From positions 558,001 to 622,000 of the forward strand of contig OY253675.1 of NCBI GenBank assembly GCA_958009085.1: a stretch of DNA of 64,000 nucleotides, given 5' to 3'. Source of the DNA: Protoeuglena noctilucae (Eukaryota). Positions 37,643 to 50,867 of the stretch are shown here, piece by piece (the stretch's first letter is position 1; each line of letters starts with the position of its first letter). Below the pieces are notes generated by a model. That model did no database searches and had not been told where the DNA came from. It saw only the letters and a program-made list of their open reading frames with translations. The position numbers and the translations under genes are program-made.

Positions 37643-38865
37643 ATGGGCCGCCTTGCGACGGTCGGGTGCTCCCAGCATTCCATGTCTCCGTCGCCCGCAT
37701 CTGTGCTGCCCTGGCACCGTGTTGGCGTGGCCAGGGATCGCGAGGGGTGAGGTTACCGAATGCAGGCGTGGCAGTGGCTTCCGCAAACTACCAGGTGAAG
37801 CTGAGCCCTGCCCTATGTTGCGAGAGGATACCGGATACTCTGATGCGCAGGTGCAGCGCAGCGCTCGACCCCAGCGGCGCCTGGCGACGGCGGGGGCACG
37901 GCTGAAGCTTGTGGGTCCTGCGTGGTGCGATGCGCGGACGAAGCCGCGACCGGGCACCTGGCGGAGGCCTTCGCGCGTGAGCTCAGGCCTGGAGACGCCT
38001 ACCTGCTTCACGGACACGTGGGCGCGGGCAAGTCGTCGTTCGCCCGGGCTTTCATTCGGTGCGTGCGAGCACATCCTCCATGACCACGATCCCGCGCGCG
38101 ATTGGAATTTCCTTAACATTGTCGCGCTTTTCACCTTTCCAGTGCCGCGGAGGACGACCCGGAGCTCCCCGTCACGTCCCCGACCTTCCTCCTGCTTTCG
38201 TGCTATGACGAGATCGAAGGGCAGCCGCCGATCTACCACATGGACCTCTACCGCGTCTCCGGACCCTCCGTGAGTCGTCGCCTCGCTTCAGCGCGCCTCC
38301 CTCGCCGGCCACCGCCCCTGGGCTACGACGTCGCTCGCAATCCTCGACTCCCAATTGTCGCTTTCCGCAACACGGCGCGCAGGACTTGGGTCGCATGGAC
38401 ATCCCCACGTGCTTGGCGTCCGGCGTCTGTTTGATCGAGTGGCCCGAGCGCCTCGGTGCGGAAATGACGCCCGCATCGCGTGTGGATGTTCACGTGCGCG
38501 CCATCCGAGGCACGGGGCGCAGGGACCGCGAGGGATCGGGGCAGGTGAGGTTGCTATCTGGGAGGGTTCCAAATGATCAGGCAGCTGGTGTGGGATGCTG
38601 CGAGGGCAGAGTGTTACTCTGCCGTGCATGGGTGGTCTGCTAATGTGATGCCTGCGAACGTGACACGCATGTTTGTGCATGTATCACTGACAAGCAGGGA
38701 ACCCTGCTGTTCCAGGGAATGTACGAGGACGACATGGTGCGGGAGTTCCGGTTCGTTCCCCACGGGGCGGCGTGGCGGGAGCGGGTGGCCTCTGTGCTGA
38801 GACTCTTGCAGGGATGCGAGGGCGTGCAAGTGCAAGTGCAAGAGGCTCCGCAGGGTGGCACGTAA
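37643..38865 (+). CDS. tsaE: tRNA threonylcarbamoyladenosine biosynthesis ATPase TsaE (YjeE)
   Basis: LRPGDAYLLHGHVGAGKSSFARAFI (Walker A), VTSPTFLL, IYHMDLYRV and GVCLIEWPERL. N-terminal extension; start tentative. Confidence 0.88.
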
Positions 38866-39103
38866 TCATCGAGAACCTTAGGGATGAATCCATGCCTTGA
38901 TTGGTGTGCCTTGTTGAACGGCAGCGTAGCGTCTCTGCACTGTGGCGGGCATTCAAGGGTGTTACGACCACCACTTTCAAAACCGCCCGCCGTGGCCTGG
39001 CCAAGGTCGCAGGGCGCGGCGCACGCGATGCCGAGCTGCGTCTGCGGGGTTTATAGATATCTCTGTATTGACAAAATCAATAGTCAGCACAGCACAGCTT
39101 GGG

Positions 39104-40454
39104 TCATGCAGCGTCGACGGTCTCATCGACGGCACCGGGGGCGGCAGCGGGCGGGTGGTGCGGGTGAATGATGTCCTTGACCTTGCTCTCCACCTTCAGG
39201 AACTGCGGAGGACGAGGAGCGGAGCGGCTTGGGTGAAAAAGCAATCGCCTAGCGTCACAGACGCCTAGCAGACAGGATACCCCAGCAGGGGCACCTCAGT
39301 GCAAACCAGCCACCCTCCCGCACCTTGGTGAGCTTTAAGCTGGCCGTGTTGGGCGACCCCGGCCCGCCCGCGGAAGCCTCGAGCCGTCGCATGCGCTCGG
39401 CCGCCCCGCGCTGGTGTCCCATCTGTGCCAGCGTGGGCTTGCCCACCACGCGGTGGGCGTGCGTGCCTCCTGCCATGTCCCCCGTCGCGTGCGCCGCCCA
39501 CTCGAACTGGAACTTCCCCTGGATCAGGTCCTGCATCGAGCAGTCCTCGCCCGTCCGGCGGAACTCCTCCAGAGGCTTGTAGGAGCTGCAAGGGCGACAG
39601 GGCATCATGAGAGCTCAACGATGATGAGAAGCGCGCGATGGGTCCGGGGACATGGACGCATATGACTCGCTGTTCGAGCGACCGCCGCGTCGCTCCAGGA
39701 GGTTGGGAAAGAGAAAGATGAAGAGCAATGCAATAGTGTCACCTGGGGCAGCCGTAAGTGTGGGCAGGGTCCATGTCGGAGGGAAGGATGCTGCGGGTGG
39801 ACCGCATGCCGGCACGGCCCGTGCGCAGTGTCATGTGGTGGCTCTTCCTGCAGCGCACAGACATGAACACGATAAGCCTGCCTGGAAATCACCTCTCTCA
39901 CAACGCACCTCACGGCAAGCGCTGGCCGCAGGCGCGACGTGTGACGCGGGGGTCGTGAGAGGCGGATGGACCAGAGTGGGTCGAATAGTGCGCAGCGCAC
40001 CGGAAGTCCCGGAATTCGGGAGACTTGGTGAGGCCCATGTGCACGGCGGACTTGTCCATCGAGCGGAAGTCGGGGCCCGGGGCGGCATCCAGCGACGTCT
40101 CGTTGTCCTTCCACATGAACACCACGTCGCGGACCGACTCCTCCTCCTTCTGCTTCGGCATCCCGAACACCAGGCTGTCTGCGAGCCCAGGGATGCCACG
40201 CGCAAGGTTGCCCTCGCATGTCACGGGCCATGGTGGGCTACCTCGCGTAATGGCGCAGCCTTTGGCTTGCATGCGAGGTAAGCTACGTCGGCCGACGGGG
40301 AACGCGGCGCGCCTGCGCCGTCGCTGCGCGCACCGGGGGGATTATTGAAGAGGACCTTCTTCGGCTTGCCAAGCTCGTCCTTGGCGATCAGCCGGTTCCG
40401 GAGCATGCTCTCCCGCACCGTTCCCGCGCGAAACTCCTCCAGCCCGACCACCAT
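39104..40454 (-). CDS. CFAP77: Cilia- and flagella-associated protein 77-like
   Basis: RESMLRNRLIAKDELGKPK, VFGMP…VRDVVFMW, PGPDFRSMDKSAVHMGLT…FR, HTYG and MQDLIQGKFQFEW follow the FAP77/C9orf171 pattern as I recall it. Confidence 0.7.
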
Positions 40455-41505
40455 GGTAGTCCGCCCTGCGACAGCGGCGCGGGGGTGGCGCTGGGGACGC
40501 GAGCATGTCAAGGGCCCCCGCCGCCCCCTCAGAGCGTCGCACAAACACGGCGGCGTAGCTTAGGTGACGGAGCATGTAAAACAGAGCTCCATGGGCAACG
40601 ACAAGGCCGGCTGGGCCCAGTCCGCCGCGGCATGTGGCCACCCTCACAAGTCGCCCGGGAAGATCGACCGAGAGACCTCCAGAGCCTGACACCAGCAATT
40701 GGAAATATTCGATGCTAAAGATGAAGGGTTCACTGTGCGGCAGCCGTGGTGGGCCCCCAGCGACGGCAACTCACCCTAGCCTAACCCGCCGGCGACGGCG
40801 ACTCGGCAAGTCTTGGTTCCTATTAGCAACTTCAGCAGAGATGTGAGCGGCACGGTGACAGTTCACGCGCGTAGGTCGCGAAGTAGCCAGGTTTTCCGAA
40901 CTTCCATATGACTCCGCTCTCTGAGCTTCCCTCACAGAGTCAGCTAGCTCTTTGATGGATGCAGAATGCGGGAACGGATGAATTGTCCGCTCTCATCGGC
41001 GACATCACAAGCAAATGGCTCTGGCAGCACTGCGTCAGCTTTGGGCACCAGGGCAGTCCCTGCAGCCCACAGAAGGCGATGGCTGGGCCCGCGGGCTGCG
41101 TGTACGTCGAGTCCATCTTGCAACGCATCTGACACCGTGCTGCGGACGGCTGCCGTGCTTCCCCTCCTCCACCCCACGCTGCCCTGCCAAACCTGCGGTG
41201 CCCCGGGAGTGATGTTGTTGTGCCGGTGCTGCTGATCTTCGTATGGTTACATCGACCCAGGCCATCGCGCAGCTTGGAGTTCCTATCGAGTACGTGTCGG
41301 TCCGAACACGGCAGCCCGCTCTTTTCACTGGCCAAACACGCTCTCGCAGCCGTGAGCTGGGGTCCCGGAGCCTCGTCATGGCAAGAGGGTTGGCGGGCGA
41401 GGGTGAGACGGTCCAAATTGCCTCGTACGGAATTACTGGCATTGCCAACATTTCGCAAGCTTTTGCTCCTCTCTTGCTGCTCCTCTCATGCCCACAGGGG
41501 CGTGG

Positions 41506-42925
41506 ATGTCGCCCCAAGAGACGAACGCGTTGGTATTGTCGACGCTAGCAGGCGAGTGACCATCCCGCGGCGCGCGCGACCTCAAGCGGCTGCCCGGTCG
41601 CGCCCTGGTTCCACCCTCGCGTGCTCCCCTCGCAGGCCTGGCGACGACAGTGGGCGCCGGGTTCGCCGTCATCCGTCGTCCGGGTCCCCGCTTGCTGGCC
41701 TTCCTCCTAGGCCTGGCTTTTGGGGTCATGGCGTCGCTGTCGGTGGTCGAAATGTGGCTGCGCAACGCCTCTGAGAATGGTCCCCTGTACATCACGCTTT
41801 GCGTGGCAGCGGGGGCCGCGGCGTTCGTCGCTCTCCATTTATTCATTCCGGACGGGGACTGGGTCGGCGTCTCGGTGGTGAGATTGGTGTGCGAGTGTGC
41901 GTTGCCCCCAGACACACGATGTGGTGCCTCTCCATATGTGCTCCGCTATCCTCCCGCCAGCACCTGTCAAAGCCGTCCTCTCACACAGCAATCCCTCTCA
42001 TCACCACCAGTCCCCGCCAACGCAGGATGAGAGGGACTCGGGGTGCGAGGCCGTCACTGGCAGGGACGACTCAACGGCATCCGACGGCGGTGGTGCGGGC
42101 ATCAGCGATCGCGAGGGCAGTAGAGGAACCAAGGAAGGGCAGGGCAAGACCGGGCGCTTGTCTGGCGGGGAGCGCGCGCGGGGTGTGGGCGATGCGGTGT
42201 CCACGAGCAAGCCACCCTCTGTGGTGGCACACGCGGCCAAGTCATCTCCCCGGGGGCAGTCGCGACGGGAGCTGCTTCGTTTGGGTCTCCTGATGGCCTT
42301 CACGATGACGGCGCATAACCTGCCGGAGGGCGTCGCGGTCGGGGTGTCCGCATTCACGCCCCTGGGACCGATCATGGCCCTCGCCATCGCTGTGCACAAC
42401 GTGCCCGAGGGAGTCATCGTGGCCGCGCCCGTGTTTGCCGCCACCGGCAGCCGCACGCGCGCCCTGCTGGCGGCCACTGCCTCGGGTCTCTCCGAACCCC
42501 TGGGGGCGCTGGTGAGACGCGCGCTGTGCCAAGAACTGCACACTGGGCTTGCAGCATGCTTAGGCCTCGGGCTTTGCGTCATGTCATGTTTGGCCAGCTC
42601 TGGTCCGCGACATAACTATTGGTTGCTAGTTGTTCTTTATGCTTGTATGTTTACATCATCACCCTGCCCTTTGCATGACCGGGGCCTGCTCACCGCCCCG
42701 CCTCACCCACCCTGGCGTCCGCAGCTGGCCGTGACGCTTCTGCGCAGCGTGGTGACCGAGGAGTGGCTCGAGGGACTTCTGGCGTTCGTGGGGGGCATCA
42801 TGCTGGCGGTGTGTGTCATGGAGCTGTGGCCGGAGGGGCGCAAGTGCGGTCACGACGGGGCGCTGGTCAAGGGCGCTGCCTTGGGGGCCACTGCCATGCT
42901 GTGGACGCTGTGGGTGGGCGTCTGA
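41506..42925 (+). CDS. ZIP-family metal transporter (ZupT/GufA/ZTP29-like)
   Basis: LSTLA|GLATTVGA, LGLAFGVM, MTAHNLPEG, AIAVHNVPEGVIVAAPVFAATG, SGLSEPLGAL and VGGIMLAVCVMELWPEG. The start may lie further upstream. Confidence 0.9.
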
Positions 42926-43203
42926 CAGAGGGCGTAGCGTTGAGCTGGCGTTTGCAAGGGGACGGCCACGGACTCTGCTCTTTCGAACTAGTCAGGAGAC
43001 TACGCTTGGCAGACATGTCCAAGCATAGCTACAAGCTGGAGAAGATAACAAAGCATTGAATCCCTCTCAGGCATCTTTCCGTGCAACAGAACAGGAGGAG
43101 CGCACTCGACGCAAACGCATGCGCACCGACGAGCGCCGCGTGCGTCCCCGCTCCGGCATGCGCAGCACGGACCGATAAGCCCTTATTCAAGGCTTATATC
43201 CAT

Positions 43204-45288
43204 TCAGACGATCTGCACGGCGTCTCCCTTGACGACCTCCCCGATCACGCGCGCCTGGGGCAGGCACTTGACGGCACGGTCGGCGTCCTCCTTGGCCACC
43301 ACCACCACCATCCCGATCCCCATGTTGAACGTGTGGAACATCTCCTCCTCTGCGGGAACAGGTTTGAGTTTGAAACAAGTTTGAAAATAGCAATTCGTAC
43401 ATCCATGGCATGCATAACACAACACGACGAAGTGAGCGAAGCCACGCCGTCGCTCGGTCGTGCGACGTGCACCCTCGCGACCGAACCTGACCAGACCCAT
43501 CGCATATAAGCGCGAAGTATATAAGCACGAGGCGTCTCACCGGAGATGCCCCCGGCCTCCTGCAGCCACTGGAAGATGGGCTGCCGCTCCCACCGGTCCT
43601 TGTGGAGGCGTGCGGTGAGGCCCTTGGGTAGCACCCGGGGAATGTTACCCGGGTGGCCCTCCCCCGTGATGTGGGACGCGGCCTTGACGCCCACCTCCTT
43701 GTCCAGCTTCAGCAAGTCCTTCACGTAAATCACCGTCGGCGCCAGCAACACCTGGGAGGGAGCAGAGAGAGGGAGAGGTCGCGGAAGGTGAGGGGATGGG
43801 TGGGTTGGACAAGACGTGCGGGCTTGATGTGGGGGCTTGGTGGGAAGTGGGATGAGGAAGTAGCAGCGCAGCGGATTCACCTCCCCAAACGACCCCGCCC
43901 CCCAGGGCGTGGGCTGCCGGACGTCCGTCTTGGACCTCTCAAGCACCTTGCGCACCTGCGGGGGTGTCGATAGAGGGTGTCGATGCGGGAGTATCGATGC
44001 AGAGTGGGAGATATGGGGTGAGCTATGCAGGGATGCCAACAGAGAGTGGAAGATACGGTGTGAAGGGTTGTGGCGGAGGCTTGGTGCCGTGAAGCGCGTG
44101 CCTTGCTCCCCTCAACTCATCACATTCATGCATGAACCCCTTACAACTGGAAACCTCTCTCACTAACATGACTCACCAGCGAGAAGCCGTTCGAGTGCAC
44201 GCCACTGGATGGCAGCCCGAGGATGACGTCGCCCTCCACCACGCGTGAGCCGTCGATGAGTCGGTCCTTCTTGACCGCTCCCACGGCGAACCCAGACAGG
44301 TCGTACTCCCCAGGCTGGTAGAACCCGGGCATCTCCGCGGTCTCTCCACCCAAAAGGACGCACCCCGCGAGGTCGCAGCCCTTCGCGATGCCCTTAATGA
44401 CCGCCTCCGCTTGGTCGACGTCCAGATCGGAAGTCGCGAAGTAGTCCAGGAAGAAGAGGGGCTGGGCGCCCGTAACCACGACGTCGTTCACCGACTGCGA
44501 CAGAGGCGGGGCGCGGATGGTGGCATGTGGGCATGCGCAATAGGGCGGGTGGGCGAAGGTACCTGGTTGGCAGGAGAGCGCAGGCGTGGGCTGCGCGGCG
44601 GGGCTTGCGGCGTCACCATAGCGACGAGGTCCTCGCCGATCGTGTCGTGCTTGTTCATGTCGAAGGCCAGCTTCAGTTTCGTGCCCACCCCTGCGAGCGG
44701 GGCGCTCCGTGTGCGTGGGCGCATGCGCAGGGCGGAGGCGGATGTACGGCATCGCGCAGGCGCGACTCCCGACTGTAAGGCGGCGACTGGCGGGCAGCGG
44801 TGGCCGCCCCGCGCGCCCAGCATCGTCTGCAAACGCCGCGCCGCCGCTCACCATCTGTCCCCGACACCAGGTAGCTGTCCCCGAACGGGAAGAGGCCGGA
44901 GAAGCCCCCGATATTCGGGTTGATCTTCTTGATCCGCTCGACCAGCTCGTTCCCCGCGTCCGTGTCCACTCCCGCGTCCTGCAGCCGTGAACACCCAGGG
45001 CAGGTGGAGGGGCCGCCGCGAGGGGCCCCGAGCAAAAGCTCTGGCACTTTTCCGTTTCCTTATATCACGGTCTATCGCGCGCCAGCCCGGCAGGGGCAGA
45101 AACCGACGTCCGGGGACGAGGCGCGGCGCGACAAGGCGGCGGCCCACCTTGTAGGTCAGCCCCTTTTTGTCGGCGTATACCCGCCCCTGCGGCGCCCCAG
45201 CGTACCCCGACCTCTCCCGCTGCCCAGAACGTGATGCAGGACGCGCCGCGGGGCCACCGCCCAGCGGCAAAAGGCGCGCGAAAACCAT
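43204..45288 (-). CDS. purM: Phosphoribosylformylglycinamidine cyclo-ligase (AIR synthetase), organellar
   Basis: [62 protein letters not shown] and TFNMGIGMV. Confidence 0.95.
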
Positions 45289-45814
45289 GTCTGCCCCCCG
45301 CCGATGCTCCGCGCGGACACGATGCGGAAGGCCAAATGCGCGCCAGGCAGCCTCGTCTCCTTGCGGCCTACGCGTGGGATGCGCTCCCGATCCGGGCGGC
45401 GCGGCGTTTCGAAAGGCCTCCCCTGACGCGGGCTGGGTCTGACGGGGCCCACTCCTCGCTCTCGCGTCCCCGCGACCGCGCCCGACAGCCAATCTTCGTG
45501 TTCCTCCCCGTGCCACGCCCTCCCTTGGGGAATCGCTCGCACGGCGGGCACGGAGCGCGCCGTGGTTCCACGGAGGCCGTGGATCGGCGTCCCTCGCCCG
45601 CCTGCCCGGCTTGATCGCGCGGGACTTGCGGGCCTCGGCGGCTGAGGGAGCAGTCGGCCCTCCGGGAGCCCCGGCGCGACCCCGGAGGCCCAGCGGCAGA
45701 CCCTGGGTGGTCCGCGCGGCCTGGACGGGCGCCGTTCTCGCCTAACACGTTGAAAGGGAGTGGCTGCCGGGCCTCCCCTGCGCCGCGGACGGGGCGTTGT
45801 TGGCAGCGCGCGGG

Positions 45815-48800
45815 ATGAGCGAGGGCGCGGAGGGCAGCTCCAGCGGCCGCGACGAGGAAGCCAAGGATGCCGCGGAGCCTCCGACGACCGGGGCCGGCGC
45901 GGCGGGCCCGGGGCCCGGCAGCACGGCCCTGGCGAACCGTGGGTGAGCCCAGCTGTTGTGCGCGGGTTCCGTGCTAGGGACGCGACCGCCCGGCGCGTCC
46001 CCTTGGCACCTGCATCTTTGTTGTTTCCTCTGCCTCCTGGTGCCCTGATGCGGCGCTCCACGGGTCTGATGAGGGTGTTTTTGATGTGCACGGGAGCTCT
46101 GGGCTCCCCAGCCGCGCCCAGGAGGCCCGGTCACGAAGCCTTCTTTCCGCAACTGACATCGTATGCGATCGTAAAGAGCCTGTGGGTTTGGCTTTCGCGT
46201 CTAGTTGCTCCAGCACGTCGCGGGAGCCCAGCATTGCACAGCAGCGCCGCTGCAACGCTACCCGCTGAGCTTCGGGGCCCCATCTTCGCCCTAAACCCGC
46301 GCCTCCGGGTTCTTTGCGTCATCGACTAGCTCCGAGCCGACGCTCGCCTCGCCCGCCGTCTCGTGCTCGCAGGGGGGCCCATGCGCCCGCCCAACGGTAC
46401 AATCCTTACCTGCGCGGGGACGTGCCGCTGACCTACGACCCCGCGGCGGTGCTGCAGACGGTCATTAAAAAGGCGAGGACACCAGCCGCGGTTGGACGGC
46501 CTCGGCCCGCGCGCGTGGGCCTGACAGGCGTGGCGGACCGGGGGCATCTATCGACCCTGCCCTCGCCGCCCCGCCCCCTCCAGGTGGTTTCTCTGGACAA
46601 GGAGCGCTTCTTTTACCACCCCGTGACGGAGGCCGTGGCCCCTGGGTACTTCAGCGTCATTAAGTACCCGATGAGCCTGTCGACCATGCTGGAAAAGGCG
46701 GCATCGGGGCAATACCAGACGTGGCGTGCGCTGGTGGCGGACGTCGAGCTCATCTGCAGCAACGCCGTCACGTTCAACCCCCGCCGCTCCCGCGTGCACA
46801 AGGCCGCCCAGCAGCTCCTCAAAGCCGCCAAAAAGGCCCTCCAGGGTAGCGAGCTGGAGGTGAGGGGCGCGGCTTGGTTTGTGCAAGTGCCGGTGTGCCT
46901 TGGTGCGGGCTGGGCTTGTGTTGTGCAAGTGCTGGTGTGGCCTGGTGCGGGCAGGGCTTGTCAGAGCGGGGCGGCGGCGATGTGGTACGGGCACAGCTAA
47001 GCTGAGGAAGCTGGCAATGTGCGTTTTTCCTCGCAGGGCCGCAAGGCGATTGCCCTGGCGCACCCGGGCGGCCCCGCGCAGGCCGAGGTGGAGGAGGAGG
47101 AGGCACGGGTGGCGGAGGAGGCAGCATTGGACGAAGCGCGGCGGAGGGCACGGGAGACGGGGCCTGAATACCCAGACTTGCTCAAGAGGGTGCAGGCGTC
47201 GCGGCTGGCAGGCGAGTGCCAATGACAGCATTTGCGATAGATACACGTACGATATACACGCCTGCGTGGGTTGGCTTGCGGCGAGGGATGTATGGCCAGT
47301 GGCACGTGTGGCAAGGTGCGGTGCGCTGGTTGGTGTCTCAGCGACGCGACCTTGCGCTGCCTTTGCAGGCCTTCGCCCGCTGGACCCATCCGCGGACTTC
47401 GCCATCGAGGTATTTCCGGACGACGCGCAGCTGTCGGACTATTCTGGCACGGACGACGACGACGACGGTGCCGGGGGTCGTGGGGCGGGCAACGAGGGGC
47501 AGGCGGGGGTCACGCGGGACACGGACGCCTTACTTGGGGAGGTGAGGGCATAACGAGATCGTAACGAGTTGTTACCATTGACTGGTGATAGTGAGACAGG
47601 GAGCCAGGGCGCATCCTTGGATCTCCTCGACCCACCCCTCAGACACGCTCACCCTGTGCCAGCCACTCCCCTCCTTCCAATCCAACTCGCCCGCAACATG
47701 CTTGAACACCTGGCGCTCGCGTGCTTGCAGGTGGCGGGTCCCGCCGTGCTGGCCCTGCCCTACGGCGCGGGCCGTGCAAAGTGGCCCGGGCCCCTCCCAC
47801 CCCGTGAGCCAGCGGACGGCGCACAACCGGAGGCGGGGCCGAGCGGGCGCGACGTGCGGTGGAAGCGGGCGCGGCGGTTCGTCGAGTGGCGGTGCCGGTG
47901 GCTGGAGCTGAGGATGCGGGAGCTGGAGGAGCGACGGGTGCAGTATCGTGCTGTACTGGAGCGGGCCCAGGGTACCAAGCGGGATGCGGTAGAGGAGGCG
48001 GGGCCGCCGGGGGAGGGCGGCGCGGGGCCGGGGAAGCGGCAAAGGCGCGGGGGCTTGCAGGAGGATGCGCGGGCACGGGCGGCGGCAGGCATGCGGTGCG
48101 GTTTGGGTGCGCACCCGATGTGGGGAGGTCCCGCGTCCCTGGCGCCCTTAGGGGACGTCGGGGCAGCGGGAGCGGGGTCAGGGGCGGGTCCAGCGGGTGC
48201 GGGGATGGTGCCGGTGGCGGTGTCGGCTCCCGGGGCGGCGTCGTTTGAGACGGGGGTGGCAGCGGCGCGGCTCCACCTGGCGCTGCAGGGGCTGGGCATG
48301 CGGCTGGCGGAGACACGGTGAGCTATGGAGGGAGAGCGGGTACTCATGCATGCCTGCTTACTAACCATTGCTTGCTGTTGATCACATGTTCACATGCGAC
48401 GATGTCACCGCATGCACAACACTCACTCACCCTCGCTCCTCACCTCGGCAGTCGCCCTCACCTCCCTCACCCCGTCGTTCGCCGCAGGGAGCGCCTCCGC
48501 GTTCGCTTCTTCCGCGCATCAGCCAGCCCCAGCGTCAACCTGCTGACCCCCGGCCCCCGCCCGCACCCGCCGGCACGCCAGCCCCTTCTGCTGCCGCCCG
48601 CCCCGCCGCCGCTGCCCCCGCCCGCGCCGCCAGAGCCCCCCGCACGCGCCGCCGCGGGAGCGGGCGCCGCGGCTCCCAGGCGACGGCGGGGGACGGGCGC
48701 GGGGCACTTTGATTTGGATGAAGTGGTGGCCGTGTCGCACGCCATGACGCCCAAGGCGAGTGACGGGGACGGTGATGGTGAATATGATGTGATTGGGTGT

Positions 48801-50225
48801 GCTAATGCAAATGCCATCACAACCACAACATAGATAGGGGTTGGGCTGGCAAGATGTCACCAACACCTCACCCACCCTTGCAATGCCCACTCGTCCCACC
48901 CCCACCCCTCGCCCCCACCCCTCACTCCCACCCCTCTCTCCCACCCCCCAGTTTGTGGAGCGCTTGAAGGTGAGCGACATCATCACGCCCCCCGTGCGCC
49001 ACGTGTCGATGGACGAGCGGGTGCGGCGTCAGCGCATGGCGGCGTCGCTGGCGGTCCAGGGTGGCGCTTCGTCATCGGAGGACTCTGGGGACGAGGCATA
49101 CGCGGCACGGCACGCGCCGCTTGAGGGGAGGGAGAAGCGGCAGTACATGGACTTCGTGTCCAGCCAGGTGAGAGGGACGGCGATAGTGCATGGGACATGA
49201 GTGTCGGGGTCACGTGCGGGGCAGGTACAGGGTCTACAGCACGGTACACCCGATTGGTAGAATGCCAAGCAGCCGATCGTCAGCTGTCGTCAATCATGTC
49301 TTGACACCACATGCGCACGTGCCTTCTCCTCAGGTGGGCCCGACGCGGGGTGCGGTGGGAGGGAGGGCAGACGACACCGCGCAGACATCGACATCACCCG
49401 TGCGAGGCCCGGGAGGGAGGGGAAGGGGGGCGTCAAGAGACGGGGCGAACGGGCGGCGCGTGGCGGGGGGCGTGCGCAAAGCCGGGGCGGATGCGGGGTC
49501 GGGGCTGGTGGGGGGGCCCGCGGTGCGCGGGCGAGGTCCCATGCTGGGGCTCAGGCGAGTGGGAGAGGGCGATGCTTAAGGGTGGGAGGGTAGCTGGGGG
49601 TAGCTGGCGTGTGCTGCCTGTAGCTAGGGAGCGTGTCTCGCTGGCCCTGCCAATTCCACCCACCGCATCGCCCTCTAACCCCACACCGCATTCCAACCTT
49701 CGCAGGGGCCGTGGCCGCGGCCGCCACCCCGCCGCCGTGGTCCGGGACGAGTTGGGGCGCATCGTGGGCCGCGGGGGCGTGGGGGTGCTCCCCGGCTCGC
49801 CGGGGCTGGTGGGGTCTGACGCTCTGGCCCGGCCCGGCACGCCCGGTGGGCTGGAGGTGGGGGATGACGGCCTGGCCCCTTTGATCCGGGAAATGGGGTC
49901 GCCTGGCCCGGGTGCGCACCTGAGGGACGCCCTGGACTCCCGTGGGCTGCCAATGGAGGATTTGGGGCATGCGGGACCGAGCCTGGCAGTGCGGTTGCAT
50001 GGGGACGGTGAGGTGGACTCGGTTGGGGGCGGGGGTGCGGGGGAGGATCACGACGTGTTGATGGGAGGGAACGGGGCGCACCGGGGGCGGCTGCTGGGGG
50101 ACGCGGGGGCCGGGCTGCTTCTGGCGGGGATTGGGTCTCCGAGTTTGGAGGACTTGCTTGGGGGGCACGGAAGAGGGGTGGGGCACGGGCATGGGGACGA
50201 TGACGACGACGGGACGGCGCTGTGA
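45815..50225 (+). CDS. Bromodomain protein with KANSL1/MSL1-like (PEHE) C-terminal region
   Basis: Bromodomain exon 46584-46859 (DKERFFYHPVTEAVAPGYFSVIKYPMSLSTM…LICSNAVTFN). Later come EWRCRWLELRMREL, FDLDEVV, FVERLKVSDIITPPVR and EDSGDEAYAARHAPLEGREK. Start and some exon limits tentative. Confidence 0.72.
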
Positions 50226-50867
50226 GGGGCGATGTTACTGCGACGTTGCGAATCGTGCTGTGGGGTCGTGGCGGCATGTGGTGCGCTCCGGAGCTTGCGA
50301 TATGGCTCGTTGGGAATTGCGGTGCGCCACCCTCGCCATGCTCTGAGTCCCGAGTGCCTCACCAATCGGTGCGCTTTCTAACCGGTGCCTTTTTTCTTTG
50401 GTACCAACCACTGCGGTGTGTCTCGCGCGCTTGTGGCGGCGCTGAGCCGCCGCGTTTGCTGCATGCGCGGTGCGGGCGGGTCTCTGCTCGGCGACATGCG
50501 CTTCTATATGATTGAATCAAATAAAGACATATGCACGTACGCACATAAGCTGATTTGTCTGATTCAATGGGGACCTATCAGTCACGGGACTCTGTCCTTT
50601 GTAGATCGAGGCGGCCGTGTGGCGTTAGCCTAAGAGACAAGCAAATGTGCGTTAGCAAGAGTGATGGCACTGGGAAGCAACAACAGGCAAGCGAGCCGAG
50701 TGCTAGCGGGTGACGAACGTAGTAGTAGTGGGGGCCTGGTATGTGTATCCCAAACTCCCTGCCGCTGTTGTGGTGCCTGTGATGAGGTAGCTGCGACCTT
50801 CACAGGGTGAAGGCCTTGGGAAGTGAGGCCTGATTGAGGGAGTGCGTCCTAAGGAAGTGCATCGTGA

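Noticed and set aside
32488..38865. RNA-modification cluster (rlmN, tsaE, plus the RluA-like domain at the window start)
   Set aside because: The genes are separated by unrelated genes and share no evident promoter; chance is a sufficient explanation.
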